A DNA stretch of 64,000 nt from Deltaproteobacteria bacterium. GTDB taxonomy: Bacteria; Myxococcota; Kuafuiibacteriia; Kuafuiibacteriales; Kuafuiibacteriaceae. Each line of letters starts with the position of its first letter. Position 1 is the first letter of the stretch. The stretch spans positions 32,001 through 96,000 of the forward strand of contig JAVJQW010000070.1 in the NCBI GenBank assembly GCA_040218735.1, given 5' to 3'. Below the pieces are notes generated by a model, which saw only the letters and a program-made list of their open reading frames with translations, had not been told where the DNA came from and ran no database searches. Made by a program: the position numbers and the translations under genes. Of this stretch, positions 54,401-63,900 are shown one piece after another.

Positions 54401-57400
54401 GCCGTACGAGACGGCGGTGTACGCCACCGGCGGTCCGCTGCCGATCACCTGGGCCATCCAGACCGGCAACCTCCCGCCGGGCCTCGAGCTCGACGCGGCG
54501 TCGGGGATCATCTCCGGCACGCCGACCGACGAGGGCAACTACGAGTTCGCGGTCCGGGCGCTCTCCGGCACGGCCTACGCGGAGCGGACCTTCCAGGTGC
54601 GCATCACGTCGCCGACGGTGCAGCTCGCCATCGCGACGCCGACGCTGCCCTCGGGCATCGCCGGTCGCCCCTATCGCGCGGACCTGATCGCGGTCGGCGG
54701 CACGGTGCCGTACACCTGGTCGGTCATCTCGCAGCTCCCGACGGGCCTCGAGCTCGCGCCGAACGGCACGCTCAGCGGCGAGCCGCGGACGCCGGGCAAC
54801 TTCGGCCTCACGGTCAGCGTGCGCGACGCGGTCGGCAACACCGCCACCCGCATGGTCGCGCTGAACATCACCAACGCGAACCAGACGATCCAGATCTCGC
54901 AGCTCCCGCTGCCGACCGCCGAGGTCGGTGAGGAGTACTGCGATCCGGAGCCCGTCCTGTTCGGGGCGGAGAACGGCGTGGGGCCGTACTCGTGGTCGAT
55001 CGTCGGCGACGCACCTCCCGGGATGCGCGTCGAATCGAACGGCGAGCTTTGTGGCGTGCCGACGCAGGTCGGTGAATTTGGTTTCGTGGTTCGCGCGCAG
55101 GATTCGACGGGTCTGTTCGACACGTCCCTGTTCGTGCTCGAGGTGACGGACGGCGACGACCTCGCCATCTCCACCTTCAACCTCGATCCAGGAGAGGTGG
55201 GTAAGATGTACACGCAAGACTTGACCGCCATCCGCGGGACGCAGCCCTACGCTTGGTCGGTGGTGACCGAGTGGGGCCCGATCGCGCCCGGCCTCGCGCT
55301 CAGCGAGGATGGCTTCCTCAGCGGCACGCCGACGTCGGACGGCACGTTTGCTTTCGTGGTCCGCGTCGTCGACGCCGCGGGTCGCCAGGACATCCAGACG
55401 CTCACGATCGTCATCGACCCCGCGCCGGTTCCGCCGGAGGACGACTCGGGTTGCTCGTGCGCGGCCACCGAGACGGAAGACACGTCGCCGTGGACGAACG
55501 CGATGATGCTGCTCGGCCTGGGCGGTCTCGTGGCGCTCCGTCGGAAGAAGAAGTCGATCGCGGCGCTGTTCGCGGCGGCGGTGACGATGGCGGCTCCGAG
55601 CTTCGCCGAGGCCCAGTGCCCCGCGCCGGAGTTCGCAGTGACCTCCGAGCCGCTGACCAACTACACGATGCTGCCGAGCCCGACGACGATCACCACGAAC
55701 TCCGACGACGGGGTCTTCGCGGTGACGTTGCCGTTCCCGTTCAGCTACTTCGGGACGAACCACACGTCGGTGCGCATCAGCGCCAACGGCGCCGTGCTGT
55801 TCCCGCCGCAGACGAGCATGACGTTCGTGAACGCCGCCCTCGGCGACGACTCGTACGACACCTCGATCTTCGCCTTCTGGGACGACCTCGACCTGAACTC
55901 CGGCACGGGTAACCTGATCGGCTACCAGGTGCAGGGGACGGCGCCGAACCGGACGATCACGTTCGAGTGGCGGAACATCAACCACCACTCGTACTCGGCG
56001 TGGACGGTGAACTTCCAGGTGCGCCTCTTCGAGGGGCCGCTCGGGAAGATCGAAGTCGACTACTCGACGCAGACCGGTAGCGGCTCGCCGACGGCGACGA
56101 TGGGGATCGAAAACGACAACGCGACGATCATCATCCCCTTCACCAACCCCGACTGCAGCCCGTCCTGCGGCAACGCGGACTGGCCGACGAACACGCGGCT
56201 GACCATTCAGCGTGGGCCCGAGGTCTACGCGGTCGGCGTCGATGCGCCCGGCGTGGCGTTCCTCGGCGCGCAGGCGCAGGTCCCGGTCACGGTGTGCACG
56301 CCGTACACCCAGCCGATCGGGTTGTTCACGGTCGACGTCATCGCGTCGATGACCCAGAACATGATGAACCCGGTGCTGATCGGTCAGGGCCAGACGTCCC
56401 TCGGCGCGAACGGTCAGGCGACGTTCAACGTGACCACGACCATCCCCACCATGTTCGGCGAGAACCCGATCTACATGGGGATGATCGCGGACTCGGGCAA
56501 CGTGATCGCGGAGATCGACGAGACGAACAACACGGCGGTCGCTCCGGCGCCGACGCGGTTGATCGTCGGCCTGCCGGACCTCGCGGTGCAGCGGGTTCGC
56601 ATCTCGAACCGCAACATCAACGCGGGCGACACGTTCGACGTCTACACCACGGTGCAGAACGTCGGCGGTGAGCCGGCCGCGAACGCCGACGTCGCGATCC
56701 TGCTGTCGACCAACCCGGTCATCAGCCGGCAGGACGTGCTGCTCGACCAGTACACGGTGTCGCTGGAGGCGGGTGAGTCCGTGACCACGACGACGAGCGT
56801 GACGATCGACGCGATGACGAACTCCGGCACGTACTACATCGGTGCGTACGCGGACTACAACTCGTCCGTCGAGGAGCTCGCGGAGTCGAACAACGGCCGC
56901 TCCGACATCGGCACGCTCACCGTCACGGGCGGCGCGCTCGCCGTCGCGACGACGCGGTTGCCCGGCGGGTACGTCGGCATCTCCTACAGCGCGTCGTTCG
57001 TCGCGGCGGGCGGGGACGATTCGGATCGCACCTGGGAGATCACGCAGGGCTCGCTCCCGGACGGCCTCGACATCGTCCCGAGCACCGGGGAGATCTATGG
57101 TCGCCCGACCACGCCCGAGACGCAGACGTTCACCGTGCAGGTGACGTCCGGCGGCGAGACCGCGACGCGGCAGCTGATGATGACGGTGGCGGATCCCAGC
57201 GAGCCGCTCACGATCGTGACACGCTCCCTCGCGGCGGGTGTCGTCGGACAGGAGTACAGCTTCCCGATCGTCGCGACCGGCGGCGGGACGGAGACGAGCT
57301 CGCTGACGTGGAGCAGCTCCGGCCTCCCGGACGGCTTCGAGGTCACGCCGATGGGCGTCCTCATCGGCACGCCGATGACGGCCGGCAGCAGCACCGTGAC

Positions 57401-58157
57401 GATCACGGTGAGCGACGGCACGGACACGACGTCGCGCGACATGACGCTGAGCATTCGCGACAACGCGAACCTGCTCATCGTTCCGCGGGTCCTCTCGACC
57501 GCGCGCTTCGGCGAGGCGTACTCGGAGCAGCTCGAGACGACGGGCGGCAACGCGCCGATCACGTTCCTCATGGGCGAGATCGGGCAGATTCCGCCGGGCC
57601 TCACGCTCGCGCCGGACGGCTCGATCACCGGTGAGCCGACGCTGGTCGGTCGCTATCGCTTCGAAGTCGTGGCGCGCGACTCGGGCATCGGCCCGGCCGC
57701 GGCGACGGACACGAACACGTTCGTCATCGACGTCGTGAACACCGACGGCTTCTCGATCATCACGAGCGAGCTGCCGGAGGGCATCGTCGGCCAGGGTTAC
57801 GAGGGAACCATCGAGGCCAGCGGCGGCCTGCCGCCGTACACGTGGACGATCCGCGAGGGTCGCCTCCCGGACGGCCTGCTCGCCGACACGAACAGCGAGG
57901 GCAAGTACCAAATCGCCGGTCAGCCGATGGAGTCGGGCCTGACGAGCCTCCTGGTCGAGGTTCGGGACAGCCAGGCGCGCACCGCGGTCCGTGCGTTGGC
58001 GCTCTCGGTCCTGGAGACGGCGCCCGTGGTCGTGGACCCGAAGATGGGCACCGACGATGGGTGCGGATGCACGGCGTCCGAGTCGCGCACCGGCTACGGC
58101 TGGGCGGTCCTCGGCCTGCTGGGCGTCGCGCTCCTCGCTCGGCGTCGCCGGTCCTGA
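51495..58157 (+). CDS. Giant surface protein (NIDO-like, CARDB, putative-Ig repeats) with internal and terminal MYXO-CTERM; probable two-module polyprotein
   Basis: Signal PQANA/E; LAPWWDDL NIDO-like domain; CARDB motifs (E.NE.NN); LP.G..G..Y...A.GG..PY.W Ig repeats; GCSC+TM+RRKKK at 55449-55553; GCGC+TM+RRRR at the end. Confidence 0.9.
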   Translation: MYSTHASTTETKGVGLARLLTTSAAFAAALTWAPQANAEIAVISTAPVVYTPLANPTVLTTSDDDSVFQVTSPFPIRFYEQQTTTLGVSTNGTMTMDGSAISYTNIAMGTTSTPNNVLAPWWDDLRLNAANNGRIAHATLGTAPNRTFVVEWHLVSEWGNDPSTFSMQVHFHEGDAMNFDIHYGPTGNSPAFSATAGMENSQGMIPFIFPASQCTTLCSATDFAALSGNMVTVQSGPAPSLLVSLGNAPANLPTGGTAMGDLTLTNLGTNDAVGTLTSVYLSSDTTLDAMDTLVGTATTTIPYGNTTTPVTLTIPANATLGNNYLIAVVDSNDQFSEDFENDNTATTVVSVGSDVAAAALRVTNGAAGINGGAPIDFEVDIAQAGFPYAGGVDITFYASVDTLFDAMDTPIDTASFNLTGDPTETLNHTATFPVLPPGQYYAIAHIDPMDVLPETNNNNNFGTTTFSFNSGPDFTVDTVTIPRGLLPGDTGTIATKVDNVAVPFTGPVPYTLYLSEDGVIDMMDTVIGNYVINFAGQSNIVDNQSFMVPASPLGYYNVIAEVDPAAAIVEASEMNNVQVSSNPVANAVDFAAALATSSPSTVEVGDPVNVTAEISSDGVSFVGNVPFQVHLSPDPIFDPGDPAVYRGFVFFPGGNGSGQIDVTFPLQALPGQPALIAGGFTVFVVVDPDNTTMEADEMNNAGPANSITIEGADLVVNSISGAATAFIGLPYEVTMNVSNVGVADARAFRYAFYMSDNDIIRVTDRRVFVSSTATIASGDSEQFTDSFTIPTFTSTRTQYLGVIVDIFSVVPETSETNNARRIVNPITVVFPIPDLRAEIVGTATAAAAGEDLSITRILENVGVAPSGAFEYSYYLSTNAQIATDDILLGTFNSASLAEGNDDYGVDTVTIPPSVMESNYYVGMIVDPNDQVDEVDDTIEGNTALGPQIPVYRSTLQFQTDALPAGTIGVPYETAVYATGGPLPITWAIQTGNLPPGLELDAASGIISGTPTDEGNYEFAVRALSGTAYAERTFQVRITSPTVQLAIATPTLPSGIAGRPYRADLIAVGGTVPYTWSVISQLPTGLELAPNGTLSGEPRTPGNFGLTVSVRDAVGNTATRMVALNITNANQTIQISQLPLPTAEVGEEYCDPEPVLFGAENGVGPYSWSIVGDAPPGMRVESNGELCGVPTQVGEFGFVVRAQDSTGLFDTSLFVLEVTDGDDLAISTFNLDPGEVGKMYTQDLTAIRGTQPYAWSVVTEWGPIAPGLALSEDGFLSGTPTSDGTFAFVVRVVDAAGRQDIQTLTIVIDPAPVPPEDDSGCSCAATETEDTSPWTNAMMLLGLGGLVALRRKKKSIAALFAAAVTMAAPSFAEAQCPAPEFAVTSEPLTNYTMLPSPTTITTNSDDGVFAVTLPFPFSYFGTNHTSVRISANGAVLFPPQTSMTFVNAALGDDSYDTSIFAFWDDLDLNSGTGNLIGYQVQGTAPNRTITFEWRNINHHSYSAWTVNFQVRLFEGPLGKIEVDYSTQTGSGSPTATMGIENDNATIIIPFTNPDCSPSCGNADWPTNTRLTIQRGPEVYAVGVDAPGVAFLGAQAQVPVTVCTPYTQPIGLFTVDVIASMTQNMMNPVLIGQGQTSLGANGQATFNVTTTIPTMFGENPIYMGMIADSGNVIAEIDETNNTAVAPAPTRLIVGLPDLAVQRVRISNRNINAGDTFDVYTTVQNVGGEPAANADVAILLSTNPVISRQDVLLDQYTVSLEAGESVTTTTSVTIDAMTNSGTYYIGAYADYNSSVEELAESNNGRSDIGTLTVTGGALAVATTRLPGGYVGISYSASFVAAGGDDSDRTWEITQGSLPDGLDIVPSTGEIYGRPTTPETQTFTVQVTSGGETATRQLMMTVADPSEPLTIVTRSLAAGVVGQEYSFPIVATGGGTETSSLTWSSSGLPDGFEVTPMGVLIGTPMTAGSSTVTITVSDGTDTTSRDMTLSIRDNANLLIVPRVLSTARFGEAYSEQLETTGGNAPITFLMGEIGQIPPGLTLAPDGSITGEPTLVGRYRFEVVARDSGIGPAAATDTNTFVIDVVNTDGFSIITSELPEGIVGQGYEGTIEASGGLPPYTWTIREGRLPDGLLADTNSEGKYQIAGQPMESGLTSLLVEVRDSQARTAVRALALSVLETAPVVVDPKMGTDDGCGCTASESRTGYGWAVLGLLGVALLARRRRS

Positions 58158-58174
58158 CGTCCCCGCGGGCTCGG

Positions 58175-58198
58175 GTGGTCCGGCTTCGGCCGGGCCAC
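58175..58198 (+). terminator. Stem-loop with cUUCGg tetraloop
   Basis: GTGGTCCGGC-TTCG-GCCGGGCCAC just downstream of the stop at 58157. The U-run lies about 18 nt further on, so it may be a stability hairpin rather than a terminator. Confidence 0.5.
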
Positions 58199-58283
58199 AC
58201 GCCGCCCCACCCCGCCTTTTAGGCGCGCTCCGCGCGAATTCTCGTTCCCGACCCCGATCCTTCCTGCTAGCCTGCCGCGGTCC

Positions 58284-60896
58284 ATGACACGCCGCGCACT
58301 ACGCACGCTCGCACTCTCGGTCTCGGTTCTTGGCGGTCTCACGCTCGCGCGCCCCGCGTTCGCGCAGCTCGTCCCCGGGACGCCCTACCAACTATCCCGC
58401 ACGCCGATCACGTATCAGCCGCTGTCGAGCCCGACGGTGATCTGGACCGACGTCGACGACAGCGGCGCCACGGTCACGCTGCCGTTCCCGGTGACGTACT
58501 ACAACACGACGCTCACGAGCCTGGCCGTCGACTCGAACGGCGCGATCGGCTTCCCGGGCGGGACCTCCGTCACGCGCTTCAACCGCGCGCCCGGAACGCC
58601 CGGGACCCCCGCCGGGGTGATCGGCGTCTTCTGGACGGACCTCGAGCTGAACCCCGCGACGGGGAACTACGTCGGCTGGCAGGTCGAGGGGACCGCGCCG
58701 AACCGCACGATCACGATCGAGTATCGCAACATCAGCTTCTACTTCGATGCGGCGAGCAACATGAGCATGCAGGTGCGCTTCTACGAGGGCGCGTCGGGCC
58801 GCATCGACATCGACTACGGCACGCTCGTCGGCACGCGCTCGAACGTCGTGATGGGCATGGACAACCCGATGAACATGCAGCCGATCCTGTTCCCGGTCAG
58901 CCAGTGCACCAACAACTGCACGAACACGGACTGGCCGACGAACACGCGCATCAGCGTCACGCAGGACCCGGGCGTGGAGCTCGTCGCCGCCTCGGTCGAG
59001 GCGCCGGAGTTCGGCTTCCTCGGCGCGCAGACGCAGGTGCCGGTGACGGTGCAGAGCCTCCACGGGAACGCGATTGGCCCGTTCACGGTCGAGGTCGTCG
59101 CCTCGCAGACGCAGAACCTCGCCAACCCGATCTCGATTGGGACCGCGACGATGAACCTCGGTCCGTTCGAGCGCGAGACGCTCAACGTCACGACGGTCCC
59201 TCCGCAGTCGCTCGGCGTGGGCGCGGTGTACCTGGGCCTCAACGTGGACTCGAACGACGACATCACGGAGGTCGACGAGACGAACAACACGATCGCTTCG
59301 CTGACGCCCATCCGCCTCATTCAGGGTGCGGCGGACCTCGCGGTGCAGCGCGTGCGGACGTCGCAGTCGATGATCGCCTCCGGCGACACGATCGACGTGA
59401 CGACGACGGTCCAGAACGTCGGCGGTGAGCCGGCGCCGGCGACGGACGTCGCGATCATGCTGTCGACCAACCCGGTCATCAGCGCGCAAGACGTCTTGCT
59501 CGACACCTACTCGGTGACGCTCTCGGACGGCGAGATCGACATGACGACGCGCCCGGTGACGATCCCGGCGCAGACGAACTCCGGCACGTACTACATCGGC
59601 GCGCTCGCGGATCCGATGCGCACGCTGACGGAGCTGTCGGAGTCGAACAACGGCCTCGCGGACGACAACGTGCTCGTCGTCGCGGGTGGCGCGCTCGCGA
59701 TCACCACGTCGCGCCTCCCGGCCGCGGCGATCCAGATCCCGTACAACGTGCTGATGCAGGCCGTGGGCGGCGACGCCAACGACCGCACCTGGTCGATCTC
59801 GGCGGGGAGCCTTCCGAACGGCCTCGATATCAGCATGAACACCGGGGAGATCTTCGGCCGGCCCACGATGGCGCAGATGAGCCAGTTCACCGTCCAGCTC
59901 GTTTCGGGCGGCGAGACGGCGACGCGCCAGCTGACGCTCACGGTGAACGACCCGACCGAGCCGCTCACGATCGTTACGCGCACCATCGCGGACGCCGTCG
60001 TCGGGCAGGAGTACACGTTCCCGCTCGTCGCTACGGGCGGCGCAGGGACCAGCTCCGTCGCATGGACCGCGACCGGCCTCCCGGACGGGTTCGCGATCGC
60101 GAGCAACGGAGTCATCGCGGGGACGCCGATGATGGCAGGTTCGAGCACGATCACCGTGATGGCGTCGAAGGGTGCCGAGACCGCGTCGCGCAACCTGAAC
60201 CTCCGTGTCCGGAACAACGCCGGCCTCCTCATCGTGCCGGAGGTGCTCCCGACGGCGCAGTTCGAGGTCGCCTACTCCGCGCAGCTGTCCTCGACGGGCG
60301 GGGTGCAGCCCATCCTCTGGACGGTCGACCAGGGCCAGCTCCCGGCGGGGCTCGCGCTGACGACGGACGGCGAGATCTCCGGCACCCCGCTGCAGGCGGG
60401 CCGCTTCTCCTTCGTGGTGGCGGCGCGTGACTCCACGCCGGGCAACCCGGCGACGGACGCGAACACGTTCGAGATCACCGTCGATGACGATGGCGGCCTC
60501 ACGATCCCGACGGCGATGCTCCCCGAGGGCGTCATCAACACCGGCTACGACGCTTCGATCGAAGCGATGGGCGGCACGCCGCCGTACAGCTGGCGCGTCG
60601 TCGAGGGCCGCATCCCGACGGACTTCGTCGCGACGCCCAACGCGGAGGCGACGGCGTTCCAGATCCGCGGTCAGACGACCGAGGCGGGCACGAGCAACTT
60701 CATCGTCGAGGTGATGGACAGCGCGAACCGCACCGCCGTGAAGGCGTTCTCGATTCGCATCCTGGAGACCGCGCCGGTCGTCGAGATGCCTCCGGTGGAC
60801 GAGGGCTGCAGCTGCACCGAGACCGAGGGTCGCGGCAGCGCGAGCGCCCTGCTCCTCCTCGTCGGCCTCTTCGTGGTCGCCCGTCGGCGTCGCTGA
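58284..60896 (+). CDS. Surface protein (NIDO-like, CARDB, putative-Ig, MYXO-CTERM), paralog of module 2 of the upstream ORF
   Basis: Signal RPAFA/Q; colinear similarity (TTVQNVGGEPA...LSTNPVIS.QDVLLD); terminal GCSC+TM+RRRR. Confidence 0.9.
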   Translation: MTRRALRTLALSVSVLGGLTLARPAFAQLVPGTPYQLSRTPITYQPLSSPTVIWTDVDDSGATVTLPFPVTYYNTTLTSLAVDSNGAIGFPGGTSVTRFNRAPGTPGTPAGVIGVFWTDLELNPATGNYVGWQVEGTAPNRTITIEYRNISFYFDAASNMSMQVRFYEGASGRIDIDYGTLVGTRSNVVMGMDNPMNMQPILFPVSQCTNNCTNTDWPTNTRISVTQDPGVELVAASVEAPEFGFLGAQTQVPVTVQSLHGNAIGPFTVEVVASQTQNLANPISIGTATMNLGPFERETLNVTTVPPQSLGVGAVYLGLNVDSNDDITEVDETNNTIASLTPIRLIQGAADLAVQRVRTSQSMIASGDTIDVTTTVQNVGGEPAPATDVAIMLSTNPVISAQDVLLDTYSVTLSDGEIDMTTRPVTIPAQTNSGTYYIGALADPMRTLTELSESNNGLADDNVLVVAGGALAITTSRLPAAAIQIPYNVLMQAVGGDANDRTWSISAGSLPNGLDISMNTGEIFGRPTMAQMSQFTVQLVSGGETATRQLTLTVNDPTEPLTIVTRTIADAVVGQEYTFPLVATGGAGTSSVAWTATGLPDGFAIASNGVIAGTPMMAGSSTITVMASKGAETASRNLNLRVRNNAGLLIVPEVLPTAQFEVAYSAQLSSTGGVQPILWTVDQGQLPAGLALTTDGEISGTPLQAGRFSFVVAARDSTPGNPATDANTFEITVDDDGGLTIPTAMLPEGVINTGYDASIEAMGGTPPYSWRVVEGRIPTDFVATPNAEATAFQIRGQTTEAGTSNFIVEVMDSANRTAVKAFSIRILETAPVVEMPPVDEGCSCTETEGRGSASALLLLVGLFVVARRRR

Positions 60897-60905
60897 CCCC
60901 GAGCC

Positions 60906-60927
60906 GCCGGCGGCGCCCGCCGCCGGC
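60906..60927. terminator. GC-rich hairpin between convergent genes
   Basis: GCCGGCGGC-GCCC-GCCGCCGGC, a perfect 9-bp stem with no U-tract. Confidence 0.45.
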
Positions 60928-60932
60928 CCCCC

Positions 60933-63900
60933 TCACCGCGTCGAGAAGACGTCGCTCGCTTCGAGCTCGTGACGAACGAGCTTTTTCAAACGCACGTTCT
61001 GTGAGGCCTGCACCAGGTCCTCGGCGCGCTCCAGCGAGATCTTCGCGCGGTTTTCGTCGCCCTGCGCGCGGTAGACCCGGCCCGACTGGACGAGGCCCTC
61101 GATCTGGAGCGTCTCGTTCTCCAGCGCTTCCGCGATCTCCAGGCCCGCCTCGATGTGTTCGATCGCTTCGGTGAAGCTGTCGTAGTTCTTCTCGATGGCG
61201 ACGGCGCCCAAGTAGATCTGCGCCCAGCCCTCGTAGAGCGAGAAGCCGATCTCGCGAGAGATCGCGAGGCAGCGCATGAGCTCCGCCGCGGCGCGCTCCG
61301 GTCGATCCGAGCGGGCGTGGTGAATCCCGAGCTCACCGTGCCAGGTGGCCTGACCCTGACGGCTCCCGGTCTCCTTCGCAATCGACAGGGCCTGCTGCAG
61401 CTTCTCCGTCGCGCCCTCGTCGTCGCCGAGGTTCGACATGAGGCTCCCGAGGGCACCCGACCAGCGCTCGAGATCTCGGCGGACCCCCCGAGCCTCCGCA
61501 AGCTCGATCGCCTCGGAGAAACACGCGAGCGCCTCGGACTCGTTGCCGCGCGCGGCGTGCACCTCGCCGATGTGGCCGAGCAGATCCGACAACGCGCGGG
61601 TGTCGCCGCGTCGCCGCGCGGTGGACAGACCGCCCTCGAGCTTCTCGAGCGCGCCCACGAAGTCCCCCTGGAAGAGCAAGACGACCCCGACGCGCCCGTC
61701 GAGCTCGTCCGCGAGCTCGTCGAGGCCGGCGTCCTGGGCGATCTGGTGCGCGGACTCCAGCACCGCCCTCGCCTGCCCGTACTCCGCCCGCGACATCCGC
61801 GTGGCGCCCTCCAGCGCGAGGAAGCGCGCGCCGAGGGAACGCGTCGGCGCGGGGCGCGGGACGGAGAGGAGCGTTGCGAGGGTCTCGTCGAGGCGCCCCA
61901 AGGCAAACTGGCTCGCGGCGCGGCGCAGGACGAGCTCGGCGCTCATGACCTCGGGCGCGCGGGCGTTGAGCGCCGCCTGCGGGTCGGCGCGTTCGAGCGC
62001 TTCCTTCGGACGGCCGAAGTCCAAGAGCAGATCGATCTGGAGCAGGAGCAGCCGGAGGCGTCGGGTCCCGCTCGCCGGCGTGCGCGGCGCGTCGTCGATC
62101 ACCGCGGTGGCGTCCTGGATGCGTCGCATCGCGGCGTCGATGTCCCCGCGCGTCGACGCCGCACGCGCCATCATCTCGAGGTACCGCACCGCGCGTAGCG
62201 GGCTCCCGCCGGCTCGGAAGTGCCGCGCAAGGACGTGCGCGAGCTCCGCCCGGCGCGTCGAGAAGCGGCGCTCCAACCGGTGCGCGATGCGCAGGTGCAG
62301 GTGCGCGCGCGGCTCGGCCGGCAACGCGCGGGTGACGGCCTCCCTGAACCCCTCGTGATAGAACCGGTAGCGCACACCGTCGTGGGAGACGTCCTCCATC
62401 AGGAGGTTCGCCCGCACCAGCTCGTCCATCGCGTCGAGGAACGCGTCCTCCTCGAGCTCGGCCACCGCGGACACGAGGTCCGCCGGCAACAGGCGCCCCA
62501 GAAGCGCGAGGCGTTCGAGGAGCTCCCGCGACCGCGGCTGTAGGCGCTCGAGCTTCGCCAACGCGGCGTCGTCCCCGCGGGTCGGTCGCGGCCGCCGCGC
62601 GCGGGTCGGCGGTCGTTCGGACACGGCGACCGGCACCGCGTCACGCGGCGTGACGTCGTCGACCGCCGGTGTGCCGTGCGCGGGTGTGACGTCCTCGACC
62701 TCCTCGGACTCGAGCGCTTCGTCCTTGTAGAACCACGTGCCTCGACGACGCTCGAGGACGCGCTCGCTGACCCAGGACTCCATGACCTCCTGCACCATCA
62801 ACGGGCGGCCGTGAGTCACGCGCACGAGCTCGTCCACGAACTTGCGCAGCGGGCGGTGCACGCCGGTCATCGTGCGCACCATGTCGAGGACGCCGGTCGC
62901 GGGGATCGGGCGCATCGTGAGGCGGTGCAGCCCGCTCCGTTCGTCGAGGCGACGTACGAGCTGCTCCGACTGGTCGGGCCCCTCCGCCAGCGAGCGGCGC
63001 GTCAGGATGATCGCGACCGGGCACACCGTCTCGTCCGACTTCCCGCGCGGCCGAGGCGCGAGCAGCGTCCGTGCGGCGTCCCACAGCAGCTCGAGCGTCG
63101 ATGAGTCGGCCCAGTGCAGATCTTCGATCGCGAGGATCGTCGGCCGCGTGAGCGCGAGCCGGCCCATCACCCCGACGATCGCCTTGTGCAGGCGGACCTT
63201 TCGCTCGGAGGCGTCGAGGTGCTCCGTCGTCGCGGGCCCGCCGAGGCGCGCGAGGCGCGGCGACACCGCATGCACCAACGCCGCGTCGCGCCCCACGATC
63301 TTGCGCACCACGTCGTTGGGCGCCTTCGACGCGATCGACTCGATCTCGTCGAGCACCGTCTCGATCGGCGCGTAGGCCTGCGACGGCTCGGGCTGGCACG
63401 GCCCGATGACCATGTTCATCTTGCGCCGAACGCGGCCCTTCAGCTCCTGCAGCAGGCGGCTCTTGCCGATCCCGCTGGGGCCCTCGATCAACATCAGCTG
63501 GCCGCGGCCCGCGGCGGTGGACTCTGCGAGCTCGATGAGCGCGTCCAGCTCGTCACCGCGCGCGACGAAGCGCGGCGCGAACAGCTGCCCCGGGAGCGAC
63601 GACTCGACCTGCGAGCTCGTTTGTTCGTCGTCGGTCAGATACGAGAACGCCTCCTCGGCGGTCTGCAGGCGATCGAGCGGGTCCTTTTCGAGGAGCTTCT
63701 GCGTCAGCGCCGCGAGCGTCGGGTCGGCCTTGTCGTTGACCTCGAGGACGTGGGTCGGCTTCGTGTTGACGTGGTGGTGCAGCGCCGCCGCCGGAGGCTC
63801 GACGGGGAACGGGTAGTCGCCCGCGAGCACCTCGTACATCAGCACGCCGACGGCGTAGAGATCCGAACGACCGTCGATCTCCCCGCTCGTGACCTGCTCG

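Noticed and set aside
55551-55556. Lost stop codon (TCG for TAG) explaining the fused ORF
   Set aside because: A stop here would leave module 2 without an RBS, start codon or basic n-region ahead of its hydrophobic segment. Disfavoured, but not excluded without reads.
51309-57911. 2200-aa minus-strand ORF
   Set aside because: Antisense shadow of the giant surface protein. It is Arg/Val/His-rich with no motifs, as expected from GC3-biased codon usage.
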